The translations under genes were made by a program, and so were the position numbers. 64,000 nucleotides of DNA, taken from Octopus sinensis (lineage: Eukaryota). This document shows, piece by piece, positions 39,245 through 52,280 of the stretch. Under the pieces are notes generated by a model that was not told the DNA's origin, did no database searches, and saw nothing but the letters and a program-made list of their open reading frames with translations. The stretch is taken from contig NC_043002.1 of the NCBI RefSeq assembly GCF_006345805.1, positions 3,968,001-4,032,000 on the forward strand, given 5' to 3'. Position 1 is the first letter of the stretch, and each line of letters opens with the position of its first letter.

Positions 39245-39460
39245 CGAGGGGGTACTGAAAAATTTCGGGATTTAAGGGTATTGTGAAAGGCCTGGTTGGA
39301 AACCCAGCCTTGTGAGTTCTTTTACAGGGTCAAGAAAAACCGAAGGACTGCTGCAATAAGTATGTGAATTTAAGAGCGGAATGTCTTGAATAAAATCATA
39401 ATTAACTGATCCTACTGTATTTTCTTTTAATCAAAACCAAGAACTTTTTAGCACCTCTTC
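39245..39460. mobile_element. Degenerate mariner-type MITE
   Basis: Imperfect TIRs CGAGGGGGTACTGAAAAATTTC / GAACTTTTTAGCACCTCTTC; interior resembles a mariner C-terminus (WLETQPCEFF). Confidence 0.55.
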
Positions 39461-39519
39461 ATCTCTCTCTCTCTCTATATATATATATTATATTATATTA
39501 ATAATAATAATAATAATAC

Positions 39520-42500
39520 TTAGACTCCTTAGATGAGCAAAGTGGGAAGGTATAAAGGTAGAGGGTGTAAGATCTGCTCTCAGGGAGTCAAGCAAATAGA
39601 AGTCTCTAGGAAAGGATAAAATTCTTAACTCCTGGTTGAATGCCTTCCCAGAAAGCCATGAACTGCTAACAAAACTTTACAACAATGTTTTGCAACAACC
39701 TAGTATGATTCCCTCTAGGCTAGTTAATGGTGAAACATTCCTACTTTCAAAAAATGAAGAAATAAATGAACCAAAACATTATAGACCCATAACCTGCTTA
39801 AGAACAATGTATAAAATGCTACCATCTGTCTTGACTGAATATACCTATAGTTTTTTTAATAGAAAGTGGCATATTCTCAAATGAGCAAAAAGGGTGTAAA
39901 CATGTGTCCTATGGTTGTAAAGATCAGAAATTCATCAGTAAGATGATCTTGGAAGATTGTCACAAACGATGACGCAAAAACTTGTCAATAGCCTGGATAG
40001 ACTATAAAAAGGTTTTTGATAGTCTACCACATAACTGGAATAAGAAATGCCTGGAAATGTATGAAATAGCACCTACTCTGCCAACAATGAATCTCTTAAT
40101 GCTGGAGATGTAAGACTTTCATGTGGCATTTTCTAGGGTGACTCTCTATCACCACTCCTCTTTTGTCTAGCCTTAATACCTCTCTCAAAATTGCTCAATG
40201 GTGTATAATACGGTTATAAAATCTCTTATTATAAAAGGCAGATTTTATCTGCCTCCCTTTGGGAGTTATACAAATCTACAATATAGGATTTCTTCAATTA
40301 CAATTTACCTAGCAGTTTTAAGAGTACAATGCATCGCGTCATGCCAGGTCCAGTTTTTAAAATTTAAACTCCAATTAAGCAAAATTTACAGAAAACTCAC
40401 ATTCTGGTGTGTGTGTCAAATGCTTTTCTTAGTCTGGTTTACACCACACGCAAACGCACACACACAGTGGGCAACGAATAAAATGAAAGTAAATGTAATA
40501 TTTGTTTCTGTCTATCACGCTGATAGATACATGAGTAAAATGTATGGGAAGCTAACAGATAACAGTGAGTGAAAATGTTCTTGGAAGAGAGTAAATTAGC
40601 GACAGTGATTTGAGGAAGACTAAACTGAAACTATGAAACAGTGTTTATGTATAAACAGACGACACTTATATAAACCCTTTCGTTACCAAACCGCCCAAAC
40701 CCACCCGTATTTACCTATTCATATTTAAATGAGAATATCAGAGTAAATCTCTTTAGTACATTCGTGAAAACACGTATTATACTTCGTAAACACTTCAAAT
40801 ACATTTTGTACAAAAATCGAAGTGTAATTTTAATTCCGTGAATTATGGGAGATTTTTTTCCGAAATTTGTTCCTATTGTGTTTTCAAAATTTGTAATTCT
40901 GACAAAAAATGGATACGAATTTCATTATATCAAGCAGCGAGTCAGAATTCGAAGGATTTTCTACTGAAGACCTTCATAAATCTAACTCTATGACTGAAAA
41001 AAAAAGCATCTTTATATAAGAGTGAAGTTGTGTGTCTGTCCCCTTCGATTTACATTCGTAATTACTCCCACATTTTGCAGTGCAGTTTAACCAAAAGCGG
41101 GTATCTTATAGTCGTGATTCATATCGAGCCCTTCTGGGTATTAGCGCGCGTCTACGATGAGTCTACGATTTAAAAAAAATTTACCATCATATTTTTCCAT
41201 TTTAATGCATTTTTTTCGCTTTTATATAAGGGAAGTAACTCTATAAAAATATCTACGATGTGTCAACGATTTAAAAAAATTTACCTTAATTTTTTTTCAA
41301 TTTTTAATGCATTTTTTTTGCTATTTTTTGGCTATAACTCTCTAAAAATGCTTATATAGTTATTTCCCTTACAACCCGAGCAACGCCGGGCGATACTGCT
41401 AGTGCTTGATAAAAATATAAATCATCTTCTTTTACATGGATGATTTAAAGCTCTTTGCCAAAAATGACCAACAACTACAGGGCATACTAGCAATTGTTAA
41501 ACAATTCCGTGATGACATCAGGGTGCAATTTGGCCTCGATAAATGTGCAAAAGCTACCTTTATCAAAGGAAAAATGACAGAAACATCCAACGTTAATCTT
41601 GACCAGCAGAATGTCATAAAGGTGTTAAAACCAGCGGAGAGCTACAAAGACATAGGGGTATTTGAGGGGATGGAATCAAACATTCAATGATGCAGGAAAG
41701 GATCAGGAAAGGATGTTATCGCAGGGTAAGGGCAATACTCAAGGTAGAGCTGAAAGCAAGAAACAGGATCGAAGCGATTAATACTATAGCCATACCGGTC
41801 GCGACTTACAGTTTCAATATTATTAACTGGTCATTACTGAAATATATGTAACCATGACAAAAAAATATGAAAATTGTTGACAATGCATAGAATTCCCTAC
41901 CCTAAGGCAGATATAGAACGATTTTACCTAACAAGAAAAGTGGGTGGCCGCGGACTTTTACAGCTTGAATTAACAATGAAGACTGACACAATTGGTTTAG
42001 ATATTTACCTGAAAAACTCTGATGACTGGATGTTAAAACTTGTCTTAAAGCACAAAAACAAGAAAACATCATACTCAGTAACAAAACAGGCAAAAGAATA
42101 TCTAAGTGAATTCCAAATACAACAAATTCTGGAATTAGATGAACTAGGAACAAGCACAGAAAAAACTAAGCATATGAAAACCCATGCTAAAACTGCTGCC
42201 TTAGATATTCTTACTGATAAATGGCAATAAAAACCTCTCAATGGTAAATACCCAAAGAGAACTAATAGTGCCGATGTTGACATAGCCCTCACCTATCAAT
42301 GGTTAGTGGCTACTGGCTTAAAATCAGAAACAGAAGGGTTTATCATAGCAGCTCAAGATCAATGCCTACCTACAAGAAACTACAGCTGCCCAACATGTCG
42401 TGTATATCAAAAACAAAATGAAACCATTGATCATGTCTCTATGTGCAGTCTTCTTGCGCCTACAGAGTACCTCAACAGGCATGATAGAGCAGCACAATAT

Positions 42501-43131
42501 ATTCACTGGGTAACTTGCAAAAACCTGGACCTACCCTATAATAAAAACTGGTGGGAACACAAACCACCTCCAGTACTTGAAAATGATCACATCTCACTCC
42601 TCTGGAACTTCACCATTCAAACTGATGGAATAGGCTAGACATTATATTAAAAGACTTCAGACAAAAATCATGCCTCCTCGTTGATATGACTGTCCCAATT
42701 GATATAGATGTATCTGTCAAGACCTACCAAAAACTGAGCAAATATAAAGATCTTGAAATAGAAATTGGCAAAATGTGGAACCTCAAGGCTAAAACAATAC
42801 CTGTTGTCATAGGTTCCCTAGGAATGATAGCAAAAGGGGCTAATTGCTACCTAGCTCCAATACCAGGAAACCCCAAAATGGCAGAAATTCAAAAGATAGT
42901 TCTCATGGGAACTGCTCATATCCTACATAAAATACTTTCTATGTAATCTCAAATTTTAAAACAAACTCATAATTTTCTTATGGTTTCTTAAACATTCTCT
43001 AGAACAATACTTTGTGCAAAACCAAAATATATGACGCCCTAGGCATAACACCAACAAGAACTTCTAACTTGTTGTTTCTTGAGGTGACACTTGGAGCCAA
43101 CTTGTACAAAGACAAAGCAAAAGTCAAACAT
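39520..43131 (+). mobile_element. R4/Dong-clade non-LTR retrotransposon remnant (RT plus CCHC plus restriction-like endonuclease) in (TAA)n
   Basis: HYRPITCL, AWIDYKK.FDSLPH, GDSLSPLLF, YMDDLKLFAK, FGLDKCA, GGRGL, ETEGFIIAAQDQ, CRV...ETIDH..C, RHD, KLSKYKDL, IPVVIGSLG; many stops and frameshifts; (TAA)n on both sides. Confidence 0.88.
40222..41402 (+). mobile_element. Composite non-autonomous Helitron inserted in the R4/Dong LINE
   Basis: A|TC...CTAG|T with no TSD. Removal restores the LINE frame TAT AAA A|TG CTT GAT (YKMLD). A second TC 5' end lies at 41009. Confidence 0.88.
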
Positions 43132-43276
43132 ATAATAATAATAATGATAATGATGATGATGATAATTATTACGATTATTATTATTATTATTATCATTATT
43201 ATTATTATTATTATTATTATCATCATCATTATTATTAAGGCAGTAAGTCGGCAGAATTGTTAGTGTGCTGGATGAA

Positions 43277-43680
43277 ATGAATAGTGGTATTTTGCCTGTT
43301 ACTATGTACCAAGTTCAAATTCCACCAAGGTTGACTTTGTCTTTCATCCTCTTGGGGTCGATAAAATAAGTACCAGCTGAACACTGGGGTCAAGGTAATC
43401 CACTCATCCCATCCCCCAAACTTGCTACCCTTGAGGCCAAATTTGAAACCATTATTACAGTTACAATTCTGCGAGCTGGCAGAATTGTTAGCATGATGGG
43501 CAAAATGCTTAGTGGCATTTCGTCTGTCTTTACGTTCTGAGTTCAAATTCCAACGAGGCTGACTTTGCCTTTCATCCTTTTGGGGTTGATAAATTAAGTG
43601 CCAGTGAAACGCTGGGGTTGATTTAATCAACTGGTCTCCCTCCCCCAAAATTCCAGGCCTTGTGCCTTTAGTAGAAAGGA
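43277..43680 (+). mobile_element. Two tandem copies of a SINE with GCCTTTCATCC core; inverted copies about 34850-35285
   Basis: GGCAGAATTGTTAG...GTTCAAATTCC...GCCTTTCATCC..GGGGTCGATAAA repeated; ATT tail. Left boundary approximate. Confidence 0.7.
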
Positions 43681-44009
43681 TTATTATTATTATTATTAAT
43701 TATTTGCAGGATTCATTTGAATCAAGGTACTTTAAAAACAAGGACACCAATTTATGGTCAAGATTAGCTTAGCTGTGTATGTACTGTATATGGACACTCA
43801 CACATATACCAATGTATATACGAACAAGTCCTAACACACTTGTAGCCAAAATCAGTGGGTCAACAGACATTCCACATTATCATATTTTCCAAACCAAATT
43901 TTAACTTTCAAGTTTTTAATTCACCTGAATTTTAATGTGTCTGAAACAGCTGTAGTGAACCTTAACCTATTTGTGTTCTTTCTTTACATATATACATACA
44001 TATATATAT

Positions 44010-45206
44010 ATACCACTTCTTAATTTGAGCTGAGGCAATGCGAGCAGGAACTAAAGGAACATTACTAAGATCCACACTCAAAGACCAAATACATACATAA
44101 ATTCATATATTCATTTATATCTACAGAACGGATATAAAATCCGACATATATAAATATCATTATATATATAAATAGATAAAAACCATATAATATATATAAA
44201 TATATAAGAATCAGTGTTACATACAAAACACAGTGAATTTACACTTAAAGTTATAAAACATTGGTAAATTAAAAATTTTGGATAATAAAAGATATTAAAG
44301 GACATATTAAAATGACGTATTAAAATTTCAGAAAAAATACAGAAAATATACAAAAATTACAAAATTGTTTATCTGTATTTTTGTATTTTTTCTGGAATTT
44401 TAATACGTCATTTTAATATGTCCTTTAATATCTTTTATTATCCCAAATTTTTAATTTACCAATGTTTTATAACTTTAAGTGTAAATTCACTGTGTTTTGT
44501 ATGTTACACTGATTCTTATATATTTACACTAGCAGTATCGCCCGGCGTTGCTCGGGTTTGTAAGGGAAATAACTATATAAGCATTTTTAGATAGGTAAAG
44601 TATAATAGCCATCTCAATATGGCTAACCACAAAGGAGGGGGGTGTTACTGTAGCTTTTTACGTTCTGAGATTTAATAATACATTTTTAGAGAGTTACTTC
44701 CCTTATATAATAGCAAAAAAATGCATTAAATATGGGAAAAAATGATGGTAAATTTTTTTTTAAATCGTAGACTCATCGTAGACGCGCGCTAATACCCAGA
44801 AGGGCTCGATATGAATCATGACTATAAGATACCTGGTTTTGGTTAAACTGCACCGCAAAATGTGGGAGTAGTTAGGAATCTAAATCGTAGGAGACAGACA
44901 GCACACAACCTCACTTTTATATATAAAGATTATCCCAAATTTTTAATTTACCAATGTTTTATAACTTTAAGTGTAAATTCACTGTGTTTTGTACGTAACA
45001 CTGATTCTTATATATTTATATATATTATATGGTTTTTATCTATTTATATATATAATGATATTTATATATGTCGGATTTTATATCCGCACTGTAGATATAA
45101 ATGAATATATGAATATATGTATGTATTTGGTCTTTGAGTGTGGATCTTAGTAATGTTCCTTTAGTTCCTGGTCGCATTGCCTCCCTTCAAATAAAGGAGT
45201 GGAATA
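44010..45206. repeat. Long foldback (inverted-repeat) element interrupted by a Helitron
   Basis: Left arm about 44010-44345 is the reverse complement of 44385-44528 plus 44930-45206; starts at (TA)n. Confidence 0.88.
44529..44929 (-). mobile_element. Non-autonomous Helitron (short family)
   Basis: Minus strand A|TCTTTATATATAAAAGTG...CCCGAGCAACGCCGGGCGATACTGCTAG|T. Confidence 0.88.
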
Positions 45207-45355
45207 CAGCGCATTTGGGGCACTACAACTCCAGTCTGTATTATATTTGGAGTATTGCTATTACTAGCTAACTCAAGACATAACTGTGTACTTTGGGTGT
45301 TCTGGATACTAATACCTTTCATATATATATATATTACACACACACATATATATCC

Positions 45356-45388
<33 letters not shown>

Positions 45389-45389
<1 letters not shown>

Positions 45390-45585
45390 ATCACCCCTGG
45401 ATTTATATGGATAATACCATAGAAAATTCTGGTGCCTTTGACTTAAGTACCAAATTCATCTGAATCTATCTATCTATATATATATATATATATATATATA
45501 TAATCACCCCTGGATTTATATGGATAATACCATAGAAAATTCTGGTGCCTTTGACTTAAGTACCAAATTCATCTGAATCTATCTA

Positions 45586-45589
<4 letters not shown>
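45389..45589. repeat. Perfect tandem duplication of an ~88-bp unit separated by (TA)n
   Basis: AATCACCCCTGGATTTATATGG...CTGAATCTATCTATCTA at 45389 and 45502. Confidence 0.9.
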
Positions 45590-45627
<38 letters not shown>

Positions 45628-47592
45628 TCACACACATATATATCACATATAACTTTTACCATTTACTCGTTTCTTTCATTAGACTGTAGCCATGGTGGGG
45701 CATTGCCTTGAAGAATTTTAGTCGAACAAATTGACCCCACTACTTATTTTTTTAAAGCCTGATACTTATTCTATCGGCCTATTTTACCAAACTGCTAAGT
45801 TACATGGATGCAAACAAACCAACACAGGTTATCTAAAAGTGGTGGGGACAAACACACACACACACACATGACAGACTCCTTTCAGTTTCTATGTACCAAA
45901 TCCACTCACAAGGCTATAAGATGCTTTCCCAAGGTGCCATGCAATAGGACTGAACCCAGAACCACATGGTTGAGAGCAAGCTTCTTTACCACTCAGCTAT
46001 GTATATCACACAAAGACAAATATATCACCATCATTTTTTCCATGCTTGCTTGAGTCAGCTGGAAGTTAATCAGGTGAGATTTCCTGTGGCAGGACGCTGT
46101 TCCTGTTGCCAATCTTTATCTTTTCCAAGCAACGTAAGAATCCCCGAGGATATCGAACAACAAATAGCAGACGGCAGTTACACAGTGAACTGGAAAGAAA
46201 TGAAACCATTTCAATGAACCTTTTCTTTACAAAGACTGTAGAACGTGTCAAGACATGTTCAGAAACATGAGCGTGTTTGCACAGTTGATTACAACAAAGG
46301 ACACCTCGTGACAACAGCGAGGCTGTTGCTTACCATCAGCAAATGCATGTAAAGACAAGGGGGAATACGAACTCACACACACACACACACACGTCATGTC
46401 TACAAGTGTGGGATTATGTTCCAGCCAGCCTTTGCTTTTTTCTTTCCAAAAGCAGTTTTCATCATCATCATCATCATCGTCGTTTAACGTCCGCTTTCCA
46501 TGCTAGCATGGGTTGGACGATTTGACTTAAGACTGGCAAACCAGATGGCTGCACCAGGCTCCAATCTTGATCTGGCAGAGTTTCTACAGCTGGATGCCCT
46601 TCTTAACGCCAACCACTCCAAGAGTGTAGTGGGTGCTTTTACGTGCCACCAGCGCGAGGGCCAGTCAGGTGGTACAACCATATATTCTGATTGTTAGGGT
46701 GCATACAATGGTATTTCTAACCCGATATTTACATAATGTTAGTTATAGCTTTATATATATAAAGAAGTGTTGCATAAAGAAGTGCCGATTTCTAATTGTG
46801 GAGGGAACCTGTGGAAGGAATAGAAGAAGTGGGATGAAATGGTGAGAAATGATTTTTAGATATTGAACCTCACTGAGGCGATGACTAGGAAGTGAAACCC
46901 CTGGCAATTTACTGTGCTTGAGAAAACATGTCAAGCTAGATAGGGTCAAGCACCTGTGCTGGCACCACATAAAAAGCACCCATGCTGGTGCCATGCAGAA
47001 AACACCTGTGCTGGCACTACATGAAGGGCGCCTGTGCCAGTGCCACATGATAGCACCTGTGCCAGTGCCACATGATAGCACCTGTGCTGATGCCATGTAA
47101 TAAAAGCACCATTGCTAGCATTATGTGGAAAGCACCTGGTGCACTCTATGAAATGGTTGGCAACAGGGAGGGCATCCAGCTGTAGAAACCATACCAAAGC
47201 AGATGAATGGGGTTTGGTGCAGCCCTCCAGCATTCTAGCTCCTGTCAAACCATCCAACCCATGCCAGTGTGGAAAACAGATGCTAAATGATGATGATGAT
47301 GATGTACTTCAAGAACAAACACATATTTCTAAAGTAAAACGACAGCTTTCGTTAAGTTTCATTTGTGTGGACACTAACAGAATAAATCATTAAAAATGGC
47401 ACAAGGCATGTCTACTAAATACTAGATTAAGTATTTAAATACATCATTTTGTTTCTAGAAATAAATCTTTCAAAAATGATGGTATCTATTTACTTTTGAG
47501 ATATCTGCTGTATATATATAAAAATATTTATCTTGTCAATATACATATATATATCATCATCATCAATAACATCTACCTTCTATGCTAGCAAT

Positions 47593-47645
<53 letters not shown>

Positions 47646-48514
47646 TGGTGGCTGCCCCCTCGTTATCGAGTATGGCCATTGCACGAAGCTTAATCGATGT
47701 TGTTATCATGCATGCTTGTGCAAGAAGATTTTTTTAAAGTGAGGAAAGGCTGTGCACAAAGTCAATCCCACTCACTAAGCAACAGCAGCCATAATCCGAA
47801 AAGAAGAACAAGTCAACATCATCGGTAACCACTGAGCCGCAGGTTTTATGTTGGAGTTATCCCAGTTACCTGAGTTACCTTCTCCTAGAAGGATGCCCTA
47901 ACAAAGGCTAGGAGTCCTTCACTTCCAATGGTTTAACCGCGCGTTCGGGTATTCAGTCCGATTATTTCTATGTCCCCGCGCATGATACAGCCTTAAGACA
48001 TTTATTGGATGGCCGTTCACTCTCAAGAGTTCCTCCGCCCTTTGACGGGTCTTGTTTTTCATCCCGCAGGGTGTCCAATAAACACCCTCCTCACCAAGCA
48101 AGCTTGGTGGGGTTGCTGGTTTAGTCGCCGACGACCCGACCATGCAACAGATTGTACTGGGTTATATGTTATCAGTAGCACTCGAAAGTGACCTGACACA
48201 TACATACATATATCATCATCATCATCATCGTTTAATGTCCGCTTTCCATGCTAGCATGGGTTGGACGATTTTGACTGAGGTCTGGCGAACCAGATGGCTG
48301 CACCAGGCTCCAATCTTGATTTGGCAGAGTTTCTACAGCTGGATGCCCTTCCCAGTGTCAACCCCTCCGAGAGTGTAGTAGGTGCTTTTTATGTGCCACC
48401 TGCATGGGGGCCAGTCAGATGGTACTGGCAACGACCTTGCTCAAATCTTTTTACAAATGCCACCAGCACAGGTGCCAGTGAAGCGATGTTGGTAATGATC
48501 ACGCTCGAATGGTG

Positions 48515-48567
<53 letters not shown>

Positions 48568-48756
48568 AGAAAAGAAATGGAGTAAGAATTTACAATTAGA
48601 AGTTGATCATTGGTATTACACTTAACCTTATAGCAAGGCCTATACATAGTGAGGTAATACACCTGTAGTGCCTACGGATACATTTATCACTTATTTGGTT
48701 GCATAACTTCTAACTCATAATCTTTATATATATATCTTATACATATAATTATTAGT

Positions 48757-49123
48757 AATAAAGAGTATGGAGACTTGAACATCTACAAAATTTATTTTAT
48801 GGTTATATACATGTTTCTGCAGCACCAACTACTCATCGTTACAAACGCAACCTTACATTATTGTCAGTGCAGCTTCATCAGGGTCCATCCATTTGGTCAT
48901 CCTTGAAGGGGACTGAGTGAAGTAAATTTTTGTTGGTGTTCTGTGGGGAGGTGGGGGATGATTGCTATTTATAGGCACGGACGGAGCCTGATGAAGTTGC
49001 ACCGATAATGATGCGACAGTGAGTAGTTACATTAGTGGAAACACATGTAGGTTATTATAACATGCTATATATAAATATAAAATACATGTTCTGGATGTAC
49101 AAGTCTCCAGACACATTATTATT
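48757..49123. mobile_element. Inverted-repeat element with two divergent long-stem-II hammerhead-like motifs
   Basis: Arms TGGAGACTTGAACATC / GATGTACAAGTCTCCA. CTGATGA...GAAACATGTA on minus (48808-48886) and CTGATGA...GAAACACATGTA on plus (48988-49049); TATTTATAG near the centre. Confidence 0.6.
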
Positions 49124-51470
49124 GATAATAATAATATATACTTCAGGAAATTTTTACTGTCCAGCGAAGCATACATGGAATTAACCATCGGAAGAATTCA
49201 TGGAGTGACAAGCAACAAATTGCAGTCACAGATGTTAAATACTGATCGTAGTGGTCAGCTGCTAATTGGAACTTAACTGAGAGACAACATGGTATCCACC
49301 CAGGTAATATATCCCTCTAAACTCCCTTTCAGATATATATCATCATCATCATCTTCATCATCATCGTTTAGCGTCCGCTTTCCATGCTAGTATGGGTTGG
49401 ACGGTTCAACTGGGGTCTGGGAAGCCCGAAGGCTGCACCAGGCCCAGTTTGATCTGGCAATGTTTCTACGGTTGGATGCCCTTTCTAACGCCAACCACTC
49501 CATGAGTGTAGTGGGTGCTTTTTACGTGCCACCAGCACAGGTGCCAGATGAGGCTGGCAAATGGCCACGAACGGATGGTGCTTTTTACGTGCCACCAGCA
49601 TATATTTAAATTTAATTAGAGGATATGTTAACCTCGTGAAGGGATGCTTGCATCTGAGGAAATACTGGTTCAATATTTAGTACTGTTGGGGAATGAAATT
49701 CCCTTAAAACAATAAGTTTATATTAAGCATGTAGTTTGTATCCAGTTAAAAGAAGAAAAGAAAATGGAGATAAGGAAGTTAATTATTAATTATTATTAAC
49801 AAATTGGTCATCTTTGCTTCTTACAGTTATTTCAATTAATACTCAATTTAATTACAAATTTGTACATTAAATTTGCATTTATGTGACATGAGCCTCACCG
49901 CATCGACTGGCTTCCGTGCTGGTGGCACGTAACAAACACCATCCGATCGAGGCCGTGCCAGCCTCGCCTGGCCTCCGTGCCGGTGGCACCTAAAAAACAC
50001 CATCCAAGCATGGCCGTTCGCCAGCCTCATCTGGCACCTGTGTCGGTGGCACATAAAAAGTACCCACTACACTCACGGAGTGGTTGGCGTTAGGAAGGGC
50101 ATCCAACTGTAGAAACACCGCCAGATCTGACTGGCCTGGTGCAGCCTTCGGGCTTCCCAGACCCCAGTTGAACCGTCCAACCCATGCTAGCATGGAAAGC
50201 GGACGTTAAACGATGATGATGATGATGATGATGTGACATGAGCATAATTTCATCAGAGATAAAAAAAACAACCCATGTACCTTGAGATGTTATATGCAGA
50301 CTTACTTCAACAACAAGTTCCATCCACACGAATTACACGAATTGTTCAGGACTGCATTACTCAAATATTGTCTTCCATTCACATCACACATTTATTCCAG
50401 CACAACACTTCCCTCTTGCACACGAAATCCTATTGATTCTTATACCCAGATTACTCTTTACTCTCTTTTACTCTTTTACTTGTTTCAGTCATTTGACTGC
50501 GGCCATGCTGGAGCACCGCCTTTAGTCGAGCAAATCGACCCCGGGACTTATTCTTTGTAAGCCCAGTACTTATTCTATCGGTCTCTTTTGCCGAACCGCT
50601 AAGTGACGGGGGACATAAACACACCAGCATCGGTTGTCAAGCAATGCTAGGGGGACAAACACATACACACACACTTATATATATATATACATATATACGA
50701 CAGGCTTCTTTCAGTTTCCGTTTACCAAATCCACTCACAAGGCATTGGTCGGCTCGGGGCTATAGCAGAAGACACTTGCCCAAGATGCCATGCAGTGAGA
50801 CTGAACCCGGAACCATGTGGTTGGTTAGCAAGCTACTTACCACACAGCCACTCCTGCGCCTATTATTTTTTTTCCCCATCTCAATTTTTGCATGGTCATT
50901 TATACATTTATTAACCTTGCACACCCAGCAGCTTGTACTCACATCATCTCTTTCCAGCCTTTTACACATCCACCTCATTCAATGACCAGGTTTCATTCAG
51001 CAAGCAAAACGTTTTGCGTTTCTTTATTTGCAGAGAAGATCCCTTCATTGCCAGGGAAGGGTTAAAGCCCCCACTGAACTTTGACTACCTTGTTCTTATT
51101 CCACCTGCTATGTTTCCAGAATCTACTCCACCACTGCTCATTAGGTTACTCTGAGTAACAGAAAATAAGGACTACTTCTAGGGAGCTCTCTAAGATTTAA
51201 AAAAAATTATTTTTTACATGTACTCTTACTAGTGAACTATTCCTCCCCATCTGCTTCATGTGAAGTCCCTTTTTTTGTCAGCCTCCCTTCAGTGTGTGTG
51301 TGTATTCGGGAGACTCTTGCCCAAGGTGTTGTGCAGTGGTACTGAATCAGAAACTGTAGGATTGAAAAGCAAACGTCTGACCACACAGCCACTCATATGT
51401 GTGTGTGTGTATACACACACACACACATATATATATATATAATATATAGTGGTTGGTGGTTGTCTATTCC

Positions 51471-52280
51471 TTATGCAGAATTTGACCTCCTGTACCTACA
51501 CCTTAGCACCAGCATGGCGTCTGATGTGGCTTTGTAAACCAGACAATGTTCAGAAAAGACACCCACACAGATTGCACATCCGATTTGGACCACCAAAAGC
51601 TGCAGATAGGTTCTGATCTTTGTGGATCTTAAAATGTCTTTTGAGGTGTCCATTGGATTTGCAAACCTTCTGGCATACACTACATTCAAAGGTGTGCACA
51701 GGCATTATAGGCAGAATAGTTGGTGGAGGTTCGTTTTCCATGGGTTCACAAATGAGATTTGAGCCAGCAAAAGACAGGTATGGTCTGTCACAGACTCTGC
51801 ACACAAAAAGGTCACTGCCATTCACCTTCTCGATTGTTACATTCTTCCTTAGATCTCTTTTGAGTCTTACAAGTGTTATCCTGACCTCTTCAAATGCTTT
51901 CCCTCCACTCCACACTTTTGTTCGCCATCCAACTCGATCAGGGTTTCTATGTATTCTGGATCCATTCCAAGTGACTTCATAGTAGTCCTTATGCCATCTT
52001 TAAACCTTTTTTTAGGTTTACACCGATAGCATTTCCCCTTTGCAATCTCACCATAAAACAGCTGTTTCGGCATGCGCTCATCTGACATTTGAACAATATG
52101 GCCACACCATCTCATTTGGTTTCTCAAAAATCATAGCTTTAATTGAGGTGATGCCTGCAGATGCAAGGACATCTGTGTTTGGAGTAAAAGAACTCCATCT
52201 AATTTTTAAAATGCAATGAAGGCATTTTTGGTGGAATTGTTCTAACAATTTAAAATGCCTTTCATAACAATTCCAAGTTA
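51471..52280 (-). mobile_element. RTE-clade LINE 3' fragment with C-terminal C2H2 zinc fingers
   Basis: QMRWCGHIVQMSDERMPKQLFYGE...KPKKRFKD, then FVCRVCDR..., FECSVCQKVCKSNGHLKRHFKIH, CNLCG...SHIRRH; frameshifted. Confidence 0.8.

Noticed and set aside
49147-49302. Possible plus-strand exon bounded by AG and GT
   Set aside because: Stops in all three frames and no recognisable homology.
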